Part shown: positions 40,167 through 49,956 of the stretch, in pieces | How positions within the stretch are numbered: the stretch's first letter is position 1 | How the letters are laid out: every line of letters starts with the position of its first letter | From: a virus | DNA: 64,000 nt | Direction: 5' to 3' (one strand) | IMG/VR virus record: IMGVR_UViG_3300010885_014582 | Location: 30,014 to 94,013 of that record | Notes under the pieces: model-generated | What the model was told of the DNA's origin: nothing | Databases searched by the model: none | The model's input: the letters and a program-made list of their open reading frames with translations, nothing else | Position numbers and translations under genes: made by a program

Positions 40167-40931
40167 TTAAACCTGCTGAATATAGTTTACAGTTCCAGCA
40201 TTGGCACCAGTTACATCTGTTGCGACAGTAGCAGGAAGTGCGCTTGCGGAAGAAACTATAATTATGACTCCGCCACCACCAGGGGATACGGCTGGTGCTT
40301 TAATGTAGCCAGTTCCAGAAGCGGGACCGCTGATGTAACGAGCGGCAAGGATAACAATTCCGCCACCTTCCTTACTAGCCCCACCTGCGCCTCCACGAAG
40401 CCATGTAGGGCCTCCTGATGCTGTTATAGAGTATCCTGTGATGGCTTGCAGTGGTTGTTTAAAGTAGTTAGCGCCACCTAATGCAGAAGTAGGTGCAGTG
40501 GCTGTATAAGTTGCGGCTGCGTTCCCACCGAGACTGTGTGTGACTGATGTAGCAACTGCTCCGCCCTGCATGATTGAACCTGAAGTTGAATAACCAGCCT
40601 GAAAACCAACAATAGAACTTGTACCAAAGCGCAAAGTTCCTTTAACAAATATACGATAACCGTTAGGTGAAAGACGAACGCTATTACCTAATGTTAAATC
40701 ATTGAAGTACATATCTTGTGTCATGGCATAAGTACTTGAAAATGGCACCATTCCTAGAACAGTCGTGGTTCCGTCCAGTACGGCATCTCCGTCAGCGCCT
40801 GTTCCGTAAACAGAGTCAACGCCTTCGTTGTAGTAGGCGTTCCATACAGAACCATCCCATTGCCAACTTTTGGAACCAACAGTGTAAATCTGGTTTGTGT
40901 ATGGAGAAGCAGGAAAAGTAATCGCTGGCAT
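40167..40931 (-). CDS. Gly-rich virion protein (paralog lacking the His block)
   Basis: FPASP N-module; YGTGADGD...NGYRIFVK...GGGGVIII. Confidence 0.75.
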   Translation of the reverse strand: MPAITFPASPYTNQIYTVGSKSWQWDGSVWNAYYNEGVDSVYGTGADGDAVLDGTTTVLGMVPFSSTYAMTQDMYFNDLTLGNSVRLSPNGYRIFVKGTLRFGTSSIVGFQAGYSTSGSIMQGGAVATSVTHSLGGNAAATYTATAPTSALGGANYFKQPLQAITGYSITASGGPTWLRGGAGGASKEGGGIVILAARYISGPASGTGYIKAPAVSPGGGGVIIIVSSASALPATVATDVTGANAGTVNYIQQV

Positions 40932-42244
40932 TAGGCAGGACCAATATCTTCTACTATAATTTGAATTGGCTGTGAAGCACTTGCTTCTGCTTTAGATGTA
41001 GCATTTTCACAGGCTCCACGAAGTTTATAAGTAACAGAACCACTAATACCACTGGCTATAAAAAATGAAGATGCATTCCAATATCCAGATGCATTGGCGG
41101 TAACATCCATTTGTTGTTGAGTTGTATTAGCAGAGTTTGTAAGAGAAATGCTTGTATATCCAGCAGTAGTATATTTGAATCCAGTTGACGCCCATGAAAT
41201 TTTATAAAGTCTGCCACTTATAGCAGTCCATGTTGCACTACATCCAGTAATGTCTATTGGAGATGTTGAACTAAAAGTGGTGCCACCTGATGTTCTATTT
41301 GTAAAAGCAACCTGTCCCCAAGGCAAGTTCCAGTTTGGATACCATGCCGTACCGTTCCAAAACAGCATCTTGTCTGTATCTGTTTCGTAAATTGTCTGAC
41401 CTTCCCACGGTGCAGATGGACGAGTAGATGAAGTACACTGATACGGCGACATCGTGCCACCACCTAATTCAACCCATGCTGAGTTGTAATAGATGTACGA
41501 AGCACCACTATTGGTGTCAAACCAAACTTGACCAGCAACTGGGGATACTGGAGCGGTTGCAGAACTTGTAATCGCAGTAGGTCCTGTTACGCCAGTCGCC
41601 CCAGTTACACCAGTTGGTCCTGTTGGACCTGTCGGTCCAGTAGCGCCAATAACACCTGAAACTCCGCTAACACCTGAAACTCCACTGACACCCTGAACTC
41701 CAGTAGGACCAGTAGGTCCTGTGACTCCAGTTGCGCCAATTACACCACTAACACCACTAACACCAGATACTCCTGAAACACCAGAAACACCTTGAACCCC
41801 AGTAGGACCAGTAGGACCAATAAGGATTACACCAGCAGGCCAAGTACCTGCTGCTTTTGGACCATAGATAGTGTTTGTAACAGTATTGACATAGAAGTCA
41901 CCGTTAACACCTTGGGTTGTCGGCGCAACAGTTCCGTAAAGGATTGTGTTTCCTGGAACACCAGTTACACCAGATACGCCTGAAACTCCACTGACACCTG
42001 AAACACCTGAAACACCAGATACACCCTGTATTCCAGTGGGTCCTGTAGGTCCAACAGGACCAGTCGGGCCAGTAGGTCCAGCAGGACCAGTACTGTAAGC
42101 AAGGGAAGTCCAAGCAGTGGAGCCAGTACCAACTTTAAACTTTCCTGTATCGGTTTCTGCGCCAAGTTCTCCTACAGCAAGAGTAGGGTTTGAAGCCGTC
42201 CACTCTGCGGCAGTGCCTCGTCTAATTTGAATTTGAATAGCCAC
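40931..42244 (-). CDS. Collagen-like fibre with Mtd-N-like head
   Basis: [11 protein letters not shown]; GVS/GPT repeats; C-terminal ...VEDIGPA receptor-binding-like domain. Confidence 0.85.
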   Translation of the reverse strand: MAIQIQIRRGTAAEWTASNPTLAVGELGAETDTGKFKVGTGSTAWTSLAYSTGPAGPTGPTGPVGPTGPTGIQGVSGVSGVSGVSGVSGVSGVTGVPGNTILYGTVAPTTQGVNGDFYVNTVTNTIYGPKAAGTWPAGVILIGPTGPTGVQGVSGVSGVSGVSGVSGVIGATGVTGPTGPTGVQGVSGVSGVSGVSGVIGATGPTGPTGPTGVTGATGVTGPTAITSSATAPVSPVAGQVWFDTNSGASYIYYNSAWVELGGGTMSPYQCTSSTRPSAPWEGQTIYETDTDKMLFWNGTAWYPNWNLPWGQVAFTNRTSGGTTFSSTSPIDITGCSATWTAISGRLYKISWASTGFKYTTAGYTSISLTNSANTTQQQMDVTANASGYWNASSFFIASGISGSVTYKLRGACENATSKAEASASQPIQIIVEDIGPA

Positions 42245-42759
42245 TAAACACCTCCTGAATCAAGTGTAGTAATACCGCCGTAGTTAGATGAAGGTACACC
42301 ACCATCAATGTTCACAACAGAGGATCCTGTAGGACCTGTAGGTCCAGTATACCCTGTAGGACCAGTGGGTCCTGAAGGTCCAGATGGCCCTGTAGGTCCG
42401 ATCTGTCCCAATGGTTGTGCACCAACTTCAATCCATGACGAGTCATAATACACAAAAGTTTTACCAGTATCAGACTCAAACCAAATCTGTCCAGCAACAG
42501 GGGTGCTCGGAGCGGCATCAGATATTGTTGCGCCACCAGCGGCATTAGCATTTACCCACTGAGTACCATTCCATTGAAGAACTTGGTTGGTAACACTGCT
42601 TACTATGGTTACATCTGTTAAATCATCAAGGGAGGCAACGGTGGACGCAATTCCTGGAAGGAACTTAGTTCCGTTGAATTTAAGTACTTGATCGCTAGTT
42701 GCACCAGCGGGGTCAATCTCAACGCCCTTGATAAATAATGATTTGAGAAAGTTAGCCAT
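42244..42759 (-). CDS. Short fibre / adaptor protein
   Basis: [24 protein letters not shown], collagen stretch, IDGG tail. Confidence 0.75.
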   Translation of the reverse strand: MANFLKSLFIKGVEIDPAGATSDQVLKFNGTKFLPGIASTVASLDDLTDVTIVSSVTNQVLQWNGTQWVNANAAGGATISDAAPSTPVAGQIWFESDTGKTFVYYDSSWIEVGAQPLGQIGPTGPSGPSGPTGPTGYTGPTGPTGSSVVNIDGGVPSSNYGGITTLDSGGV

Positions 42760-42792
42760 AATAAACCTCTACTAAGGTAGCACGAGGCTACC

Positions 42793-44019
42793 CTAAGCCA
42801 GGATGACTACTCGGTACTGGTTAGCAGTTGGGGCTACCGCAAAAGATAGTGTGGTTGTGGTGCTGGTATTGACAATGTCAGCGTAGACAACTTCACCAGT
42901 AGATACCTCATAAACATTAACTACTAAGTCTGCGGTTGCAAGACCATGTGTGATGGCGTAGGAAGTAGAAGATGTCGAAAGAGTTTCAGCATGCTTCTTC
43001 TTTGTCCATACAGGAGCAGATGCTCCTGCGATAAGAGCATAACCCGTAGTACCGAGTGCAAGGGTGCTTGTTGTAGCAGAACCTGTCTGATAAACAATTG
43101 AACCAGCGGCACCACCAGTGACATTTGTTGCTGTTGTAGCGGTTGAAGCATTACCTGTGTATTGGGTTGCTGACAGTACTTGGGTACCCGCAATCTTGAT
43201 GACTTTTCCAGATGCAAGGTCAATATGCTCAGAAGATGTCCATGCTGCTGTACTAAGTACCCAGTTCCATGTTTTGTCAATCGTTGCTTTAAGGGTAATA
43301 CCACCACCATCAGCGCCTGCGTCTGACGGGCTTGCAATTGAACCAAGTTCAAGGTTCTTATCGTCTACCGTGATTGTGGTTGAGTTTACGGTAGTTGTTG
43401 TACCATTAACGGTCAAGTTACCAGCAATGGTAACTGTTGTACCACTTCCACCCATGTTAATATCTGCTGCACCACCAAAGTTAATTGTTGTAGCAGTAGC
43501 ATTTAAAAGGTTAAATGAAGTGCTTGCTGTAGTAAGCGAGGTTGTGATTGCAGGGCTGGTACCAAATACAAGGGCACCAGAGCCAGTTTCATCAGAGATG
43601 ACTCCAGCCAGTTCGGCAGATGTAGTTGCCGCAAAAACGCTTAACTTGTCAGTTGTCTTAGCAACATTGGTGATGGCACCAGAGACACCATTGACCGTTG
43701 TAACACCTGTAGTATTCGTTAAATAGGTTGTGGTGTCTAGTGCCCATGTATTAGCAGCAGTCTTAATAAGAAAACCAGTGGTCCCTGTAAGGGCGGCAAT
43801 TGCAGTTAGGTCACCATCAGCAGGTTGCCAAGTACCAGCAGCACCAGATGATAGTTCTACCCATGCACCACCTGTGTAGTATTTAAGTCTGTTTGTGCCT
43901 GTATCAAAGTAAATACCACCAGACTTAGCACTAGGTGTAGGTGCTGTTCCAAGGTTTTGAACAACCACATTGCGGAGTTCATTACCATTTAGGTCAACAT
44001 TATTTAGAAACTTTGACAT
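42793..44019 (-). CDS. Tail fibre / structural protein
   Basis: GNLTVNGTTTTVNSTTITVDDKNLELG; C-terminal ITHGL...YRVVI. Confidence 0.8.
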   Translation of the reverse strand: MSKFLNNVDLNGNELRNVVVQNLGTAPTPSAKSGGIYFDTGTNRLKYYTGGAWVELSSGAAGTWQPADGDLTAIAALTGTTGFLIKTAANTWALDTTTYLTNTTGVTTVNGVSGAITNVAKTTDKLSVFAATTSAELAGVISDETGSGALVFGTSPAITTSLTTASTSFNLLNATATTINFGGAADINMGGSGTTVTIAGNLTVNGTTTTVNSTTITVDDKNLELGSIASPSDAGADGGGITLKATIDKTWNWVLSTAAWTSSEHIDLASGKVIKIAGTQVLSATQYTGNASTATTATNVTGGAAGSIVYQTGSATTSTLALGTTGYALIAGASAPVWTKKKHAETLSTSSTSYAITHGLATADLVVNVYEVSTGEVVYADIVNTSTTTTLSFAVAPTANQYRVVILA

Positions 44020-44027
44020 TTAAATCC

Positions 44028-44429
44028 TTACGAGAAGTAGGCTTTTCCGCCAAAACTGGACGAAAATGCGATGGAAACTTGATTCACTGATATATATGAT
44101 ACATCACCTTCGACCACTGACCCGCCGCTGTCAATCACAGACACAGCGGGAAAGAAACCCAAACCATGAGTCACGATCCAAGTAGATGCAGAAACACTTT
44201 GGGTATGGACATACTGACCTGCCATTGGTAAAACAAAATTAATTGTTTGAGCGGGGGCAACCCCTGTAAGGGTCACGGCTGGGCTTATACCAGTTGCTAC
44301 AGTGCCTACCGCTAGGATGTTTGGTGGACCAGCAACACCAGGATCACTGACCTCAATTACTGAGTTTCGTGATGGAGAGGAGACAACTACCGACTTGCGG
44401 TTCTCCCTAGTGACTTCTACAGTACTCAT
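44028..44429 (-). CDS. Structural protein
   Basis: YVHTQSVSASTWIVTHGLGFFPAVSV...FGGKAYFS. Confidence 0.7.
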   Translation of the reverse strand: MSTVEVTRENRKSVVVSSPSRNSVIEVSDPGVAGPPNILAVGTVATGISPAVTLTGVAPAQTINFVLPMAGQYVHTQSVSASTWIVTHGLGFFPAVSVIDSGGSVVEGDVSYISVNQVSIAFSSSFGGKAYFS

Positions 44430-45136
44430 ACAGGTGGTGCTGAGACCGCTGGTTCAACGACTAAAGTTCCTGATGACAAACAATCCCAATCCCCTGCTGA
44501 GTCTTGTACAAAGAGATCGTAAGAATATACACCTGAAGCCACATTATTTGTATTAGAAATGTGCAACTCTAGGGTTGCTCCAGTTGCTGGAGCCAAATAA
44601 CCACGCTTGTTGGCTGGAGTCAAGCCAATTACCGTTGACTCAGATGGTTTAGGTGAATACCAGCGTAAATCCACAACAGTGGTGCCAGTAGCGGTCTTAG
44701 CCTGCATGAATGCGCTTTGGACAGCAATAACGACCCCATCTGCGTCTTTCCATGTAAAGGTACGGCGATAGTCCGTGTATTGCTTGTAACGGATTTCCAT
44801 AGCGTCTGAGTCCTCCAGAGGGGTGATATTGTTCAAAGCGGATACAGAAATTGTACCCTGTGATACAGGCTGCTGAACTCCATTGATAGTGGCAAGAACA
44901 TCATAGAACAGGTCACCCAATGGAAGATCTTGTGTCTCTTCTGCTGTCAATGATAGGGCAATACCATTTTCTGATGTCAAAGTAGTGGTTAACTCAGCAA
45001 CCGTGATTGCCCCTGTACGAACATAGGCACGAGCATCAGTAGGGCGTTGTAGGTGATGCGTTCTCTTATCTTTTACGATAATCAAGCGCTCCCATGGTAA
45101 ACCCCGAACTAGGGTGTAATTAACTGTGCGAACCAT
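44426..45136 (-). CDS. Structural protein with tandem BppU-like beta-sandwich domains
   Basis: Two repeats, each ending in YD(V/L)...G. Confidence 0.6.
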   Translation of the reverse strand: MVRTVNYTLVRGLPWERLIIVKDKRTHHLQRPTDARAYVRTGAITVAELTTTLTSENGIALSLTAEETQDLPLGDLFYDVLATINGVQQPVSQGTISVSALNNITPLEDSDAMEIRYKQYTDYRRTFTWKDADGVVIAVQSAFMQAKTATGTTVVDLRWYSPKPSESTVIGLTPANKRGYLAPATGATLELHISNTNNVASGVYSYDLFVQDSAGDWDCLSSGTLVVEPAVSAPPV

Positions 45137-45162
45137 AACTACTATTCTACTTCAGTATGGGT

Positions 45163-45327
45163 TTACTCGCCGCCTTTAAACAGAGCAGATATGAGGTGAA
45201 CTGTTAGTGCAGCACCACTTATCCAGAGACCATAGGTTTGTACTTTGCCAGACAAAGTAATTAAAACTAGTCCTGTACCAGCGATGGTAAAAGCCAAACC
45301 TTGCAGTTCTTCAAAAAATCTATTCAT
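45163..45327 (-). CDS. Small 2-TM membrane protein (54 aa)
   Basis: Hand-translated MNRFFEELQGLAFTIAGTGLVLITLSG...; TAATG-coupled to the Thr-rich gene. Confidence 0.7.
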   Translation of the reverse strand: MNRFFEELQGLAFTIAGTGLVLITLSGKVQTYGLWISGAALTVHLISALFKGGE

Positions 45328-46625
45328 TATTTCTTTCTACGGGATTTATTGTCGGATGACTGGGAACCGCTTGAAGACGAAGAAACTGGAACTACTGGTG
45401 CCATAAATAATACCCCAGTTGCGGCTACCAATACTTTTCTCTGCCCCACATTGATCTTCGAGCCAATCGGCACATACTTATTAAACTTGCCCCCAAAGAT
45501 ATTAATCTGTTCTTCAAAAGCAGCCTTCACTTCCTCAGGGGCGTTTTGGACTGCTTCAATCAGTTGATCCGCTTGTGCGTCGGACAAATTAGATACTTCA
45601 ACGGCAGCAAAGATTTCAGTTGCTTGTTCTGATGTAACCGACTGGAGGACCTCTGGGTTAGTGGCAAGGGCGGTTGCTTCATCAGCACTGACGCCCTGCT
45701 CGATGATGTTATCCACAGCCGCTGCGATCTCAGATTGTGGGAGGTTGTTAATGGCACCCAATAAAGCGGTCACTTCTGGGTCAACTTGTACAAGTTCTTG
45801 TACAGGTGGGACTGTAGTGGTTGTGGTAGTCGTAGGAAGCACCGTAGAGGTCGTAGAGGTCGTAGAGGTACTTGTAGTGGTCGTGGTGGGCACAGGAGCC
45901 AAAGTTGTCGTGGTAGTGCTTGTGGTTCCTGTCACAGGTGATATCGTGGTAGTAGTCTCAGGAACTGTCGTGGAGGTAGTCGATGTTGTTGTGGGTAATA
46001 CTGTTGTTGTCGGCGGCTCTGTTGTCGTTGTCGTTGTCGAAGAAGTGGTGGTAGTTGATGTCGTGGTTGTGGTTGGTGCCAGTGTTGTTGTGGTTGTGGA
46101 TGTTGTGGAAGTCGTGGTAGATGTCGTCGTGGAGGATGTGGTTGTGGTTGGTGCCAGCGTTGATGTTGTCGTGGGTGGCACGGTCGTTTGAGGAACAGTT
46201 GTTTGAGGAATGGTAGATGTGGTCTGAGTAGACCCAACACCATTGAAACCTAGTTCGTACCGTAAGTTCCATCCCCCATTTGTACGCCAAGCATTGGGGT
46301 CACCACAACAAATACCAGCCCTCAGTCTGTAACGACCAGCAGGTACTTCAATTGAAATGTACGACTGCAAGCCAATAGAGTCGTCATTGGCTGCAAGTTG
46401 CGTTCCTGCTTCGTTGTATAGCCACAACATAGGATCTGAGTTGTACCCAGTGATCATATAGGTTTGGGCAATAAACTGTGTTGTCTCACTGTAATCAAAC
46501 CAAACATCTGTTGGCTCTGTGATTATTAGGTTTTCGGCTTTAGCGGGGGAAGACGGATAAAGACCCAAAAATGTGAGAACTACCCACAAAAAACAACTTG
46601 TAACCCGCACACGGGATTTACGCAT
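45327..46625 (-). CDS. Secreted, membrane-anchored Thr-rich (mucin-like) protein with PPC-like domain
   Basis: Signal peptide ending AKA; SDPMLWLY..NDD...GRYRLR; long poly-Thr stalk; C-terminal hydrophobic anchor with basic tail. Confidence 0.8.
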   Translation of the reverse strand: MRKSRVRVTSCFLWVVLTFLGLYPSSPAKAENLIITEPTDVWFDYSETTQFIAQTYMITGYNSDPMLWLYNEAGTQLAANDDSIGLQSYISIEVPAGRYRLRAGICCGDPNAWRTNGGWNLRYELGFNGVGSTQTTSTIPQTTVPQTTVPPTTTSTLAPTTTTSSTTTSTTTSTTSTTTTTLAPTTTTTSTTTTSSTTTTTTEPPTTTVLPTTTSTTSTTVPETTTTISPVTGTTSTTTTTLAPVPTTTTTSTSTTSTTSTVLPTTTTTTTVPPVQELVQVDPEVTALLGAINNLPQSEIAAAVDNIIEQGVSADEATALATNPEVLQSVTSEQATEIFAAVEVSNLSDAQADQLIEAVQNAPEEVKAAFEEQINIFGGKFNKYVPIGSKINVGQRKVLVAATGVLFMAPVVPVSSSSSGSQSSDNKSRRKK

Positions 46626-46640
46626 TAATTAAGTTTATCA

Positions 46641-47087
46641 CTACTTGTATTTAACGCCAGTTGGACCTAGTCGTACTCCACTCATACCTGTTGATACATC
46701 TTCACCTGTATCTTCATCAGTCATTGACCCTGGGCGGATTTTTAGTGTTTTATCAGCAGGTTCGATTGGTACTGGATGAATGGTACCTTCAGCAAAAGTA
46801 TTTCGTGTTTTAGCACCTGTAGAACTAGAGAGGTGATTTTCAAGTTCCCTTTTGTTTACTTTCATTTTTACATCTTTTAAGTAGATGTCATCTGAATGAC
46901 CAACTACTTTTCCAGAAACAAGAACACTGTAGATAGGGCGACCAAGTGCTGTAGTTGCAGGGGTGTGCATATGAACTTGTGCTTTTGTACCTACAAGATC
47001 ACCAAGACCTATCTCACTAAGGATGTTTACAGAAACACCACGAACTTTGTGTGTTTCTTTAAACTGAGGTCCATCAGGTATTGGCAT
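46641..47087 (-). CDS. Hypothetical protein with N-terminal GPQF motif
   Basis: Own leaderless promoter; MPIPDGPQF. Confidence 0.7.
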   Translation of the reverse strand: MPIPDGPQFKETHKVRGVSVNILSEIGLGDLVGTKAQVHMHTPATTALGRPIYSVLVSGKVVGHSDDIYLKDVKMKVNKRELENHLSSSTGAKTRNTFAEGTIHPVPIEPADKTLKIRPGSMTDEDTGEDVSTGMSGVRLGPTGVKYK

Positions 47088-47164
47088 GATTCAATATTAC
47101 CAGAGACACGAAGACGGACCGCCCTCAAGCAGCCCGCCTCGGTGGGTAAGAACCTCATTAATAA

Positions 47165-47196
47165 TTATACACACATGTGAATAAACATGTGGATAA
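47165..47196. promoter_or_regulatory. Cluster of three DnaA-box consensus sites (TTATNCACA)
   Basis: TTATACACA (+, 47165-47173), TTATTCACA (-, 47176-47184), TTATCCACA (-, 47188-47196). Confidence 0.7.
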
Positions 47197-47592
47197 CTAC
47201 TCAGTATCAGGATGTCCTGAGTACATACCTTCTGTGCCCTCAACATGCTCGTCATGGTTTGGCTCATATGCAGTACGGTTGTAATACTTATCTTCAAACT
47301 GTGAAGCCAAGTGTGTAGCGGCTGGGTGGATTGTCAAACCCCAGTTAATAAATGATTTAGGATAACGGTCATATACATGTTGCATTAATGCTTTAGCGTG
47401 ACCTTTTCCTTCACGATGGCTTTTTAAATAGTCAATATCAATTTGGGAGTTGCCGTCTTCATTGGTGTAATTATCAAAAGAAACACGAGCAAGGTTTCCA
47501 CTATCCATGTTGGATAATGTCAGGGAATGTGAACCTTTATCAAGTTTGCTATGGGTTACATGGAATTGACTACTCAAGTTATTGCGATTCAT
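47197..47592 (-). CDS. GNAT-family acetyltransferase
   Basis: IDYLKSHREGKGHAKALMQHVY (acetyl-CoA motif A); N-terminal NLSSQF. Confidence 0.7.
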   Translation of the reverse strand: MNRNNLSSQFHVTHSKLDKGSHSLTLSNMDSGNLARVSFDNYTNEDGNSQIDIDYLKSHREGKGHAKALMQHVYDRYPKSFINWGLTIHPAATHLASQFEDKYYNRTAYEPNHDEHVEGTEGMYSGHPDTE

Positions 47593-47723
47593 CAATAAAC
47601 TCCCTCACAACAAGAGTCCCTAGAGCCACAAGATTCGCACCGATAATGAGCGTGTTCAGGGCGCATTTTACCGCCACACCAAACACATTGCTCAGACAGG
47701 TCACAGGACTTTTCATCTGTCAT
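47592..47723 (-). CDS. Small zinc-ribbon protein (43 aa)
   Basis: Hand-translated CVWCGGKMRPEHAHYRCESCGSRDSCCEG. Confidence 0.65.
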   Translation of the reverse strand: MTDEKSCDLSEQCVWCGGKMRPEHAHYRCESCGSRDSCCEGVY

Positions 47724-47875
47724 GAAACTACTAGGACAACATCCCAAGAACTAGCCGCAATTTGGATAGCCTTGGAGACAGTTACATTCTTGTAACCACT
47801 GGCACGGGCAAGGTTTGTTGCAATCTTAATTGCGTCAGACATAAGGACAGTGCTAACGGGGTAAGTAACGAACAT
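47720..47875 (-). CDS. Small hypothetical protein (51 aa)
   Basis: Hand-translated MFVTYPVSTV...; ATGA overlap with the next gene. Confidence 0.5.
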   Translation of the reverse strand: MFVTYPVSTVLMSDAIKIATNLARASGYKNVTVSKAIQIAASSWDVVLVVS

Positions 47876-47909
47876 GAGTATTTTCTATCACACTTATTGT
47901 GTAATAAAT

Positions 47910-48140
47910 TTAGTACTGTGTTCCTGGGTTTGCCACTGCTTGAGAGATCGAGCGGTGCAGTTCACACTGACCACATGGGCAATCTCCTGCGATAGCACCG
48001 AGAAAGGCCGCTTGGTTGCGCTCTGCACGAGTAAAGCGCCCACCGTTCCATCCACCTTTGCTGTCTGCGGGGATGGCTGTGAGTGAGGAACCACTTTCGT
48101 CACTTCCAGACTTTGAACTTGATTTTCCTAAAATAGCCAT
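47910..48140 (-). CDS. Hypothetical protein
   Basis: TAAACT-6nt-ATG leaderless start; CPCGQC. Confidence 0.6.
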   Translation of the reverse strand: MAILGKSSSKSGSDESGSSLTAIPADSKGGWNGGRFTRAERNQAAFLGAIAGDCPCGQCELHRSISQAVANPGTQY

Positions 48141-48179
48141 GGTCTTAGTTTACCTCATCTAAAGATATGAGTTTTAAAA

Positions 48180-48407
48180 TCAGTTCTTTTTATCTACTTT
48201 GTTGAAGACATCGTTGATCTCTTCAATGCTGAGTTTTCCGTCATCCATGTAGGCTCGTGCGAGACCTTCAACAACAAAACTGACTCCACCGATACCAGCC
48301 ATCAACATGGCCTTCCATAGTGGTATTCCTGCGATAGCGCCTGCTCCAACCACTGAAAGACCAGTGGCAGCAAAGGCAGCCAGGATTCGGAGCAAAATCT
48401 GTTTCAT
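48180..48407 (-). CDS. Holin-like 2-TM membrane protein
   Basis: Two TM helices, DDGKLSIEEIN tail. Confidence 0.6.
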   Translation of the reverse strand: MKQILLRILAAFAATGLSVVGAGAIAGIPLWKAMLMAGIGGVSFVVEGLARAYMDDGKLSIEEINDVFNKVDKKN

Positions 48408-48967
48408 TATTTTCTCTTACGACGCTTCACATACTGAACAGCACCACCATCACCAATTTGTGATTTTGGAACCATCCATGAAATACTTCCCACATCTTCA
48501 CGACGGTTTCGGTATGGGGTAACAATTCCTTTTTCAGCAACACCTTTGGTGTCAGGTGCGGTTTCTTCAAACAACCCAGGTTGTTTTCCTGACATACGCT
48601 CTTGGAAATGGGCATACAACTCGCCAGCCTCTCCACCCATGACTTCATTGGTGTCACCTTTTTGGGCGCTAATTTCTGCTACTTCACTATCTATTGCATG
48701 ATCCATTTTTAATATTGAAGGAGATTCACCAAAAGTAACTGGTGACACTGATGGGTGATTAACATTAATCCTGTACTCATGGATATTGTTTCTCATGGGC
48801 CAATCTTGCGCTGATTCCCTTGTACCCATATGGAGGATGTCTGGGTGAACATTGTCTCCTTCTTTGAAACTATGAAACACAGGGTGTGCATGTTGAAGGT
48901 GTGGAGGGGTCGCTTCATTAGAAGAATGGAACACACTTATAAATTGAGGTCCAGAAGGCTTTGGCAT
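48407..48967 (-). CDS. ADP-ribosyltransferase-like protein (ART-PolyVal-like)
   Basis: VFHSS...HMGT...IHEY...YRNRREDVGSISWMV; paralog of 50551..51021. Confidence 0.6.
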   Translation of the reverse strand: MPKPSGPQFISVFHSSNEATPPHLQHAHPVFHSFKEGDNVHPDILHMGTRESAQDWPMRNNIHEYRINVNHPSVSPVTFGESPSILKMDHAIDSEVAEISAQKGDTNEVMGGEAGELYAHFQERMSGKQPGLFEETAPDTKGVAEKGIVTPYRNRREDVGSISWMVPKSQIGDGGAVQYVKRRKRK

Positions 48968-48981
48968 CCTTCAATTATACT

Positions 48982-49155
48982 TCAACCGCCGTTGCGGTAA
49001 TAACCTTTGCCTACAAGGTTGAATGTAGGGGCGCTAAAGACTTTCTTCATTTCTTCTGAGCATGCTGTACAGATAAGAATAGGCTCTCTGTCATGGATTG
49101 ACCTATCTTCTTCATAGAAGTGGTCATTAGGGCACTTGTATTGGTATATAGGCAT
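48982..49155 (-). CDS. FmdB-family zinc ribbon protein
   Basis: MPIYQYKC..DH...CTAC...KVFSAP....GKGYY. Confidence 0.85.
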   Translation of the reverse strand: MPIYQYKCPNDHFYEEDRSIHDREPILICTACSEEMKKVFSAPTFNLVGKGYYRNGG

Positions 49156-49165
49156 ATTGCCTACT

Positions 49166-49897
49166 CTACACAAAACCTTCCATACCTGGGAGAAATTGGT
49201 TACTTAAACCTTTAGGTGTCACAGGGGTGCTACTGCGCTTCCTGCTATTGCGTAAAGACTGTCGGACATCATTCTGTGCAACCATGACTTCACCTTGTGT
49301 CACTGGTTGCATTTTCTCATGTGCATAGTCAATCTCGTTTAGTCCTGCCCAGCGCTCTACTTTGTCAATGTCATTTTTGGGTTCTGCCTCTGTATTTAAG
49401 GGATTTGTCTGGACCAATCCCTTACTGGCAGCATTTTTAACTAATTTACTGCTATGTGGAGATAAATCAGAGTCTGCCATTAAAACTTCAGGTTTATGCT
49501 TATTTTTAGCAAGTTGTGCCATTGTCAAGGCTGTGGATGACATAGACGGGTCTGCAAACATACGGGTTATGTGTGTAGTTGAAGGGATTGTGTCAAAAAG
49601 AGTATCTTGTTGGAAATAAGGATGATTTGTGTTTCTTCCAGCGGCAAAAGAATCGCTGTCAGGGTCAGTAGCCCAGTTTTCTGTATATAACTTGTCTGCT
49701 TTCTTATGAGCATGTCCAGAAAAGCCACTTGGCATAGTATTATCGAAGTTCGGTAAGAATTTTGGTGGGTGATAGGTAGCACCTAACTCAGCCACTTTCC
49801 GATTACCTTGCTCATCTGACTCGCCAAAAGCAATGTAGGACTGGTATACCCTGCCATCAGGGGCTTTTGCGTCGTTACTGTAGTAATCAGCCATCAC
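49166..49897 (-). CDS. Divergent GNAT-like protein
   Basis: ITRMFADPSM...DLSPHSSKLV resembles a GNAT core; C-terminal GLSNQF. Confidence 0.45.
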   Translation of the reverse strand: MMADYYSNDAKAPDGRVYQSYIAFGESDEQGNRKVAELGATYHPPKFLPNFDNTMPSGFSGHAHKKADKLYTENWATDPDSDSFAAGRNTNHPYFQQDTLFDTIPSTTHITRMFADPSMSSTALTMAQLAKNKHKPEVLMADSDLSPHSSKLVKNAASKGLVQTNPLNTEAEPKNDIDKVERWAGLNEIDYAHEKMQPVTQGEVMVAQNDVRQSLRNSRKRSSTPVTPKGLSNQFLPGMEGFV

Positions 49898-49956
49898 CAA
49901 TAATACCTTAAATGGTCAAACGCAAATTTTTTTACTTCTTACTTGTCATGACGGCG

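Noticed and set aside
29770-42244. Diversity-generating retroelement suggested by Mtd-N-like domains
   Set aside because: No reverse transcriptase and no TR/VR repeat pair differing at adenines was seen in the window.
45709-45717. Single TTATCCACA DnaA box
   Set aside because: Isolated and inside a coding sequence; plausible by chance.
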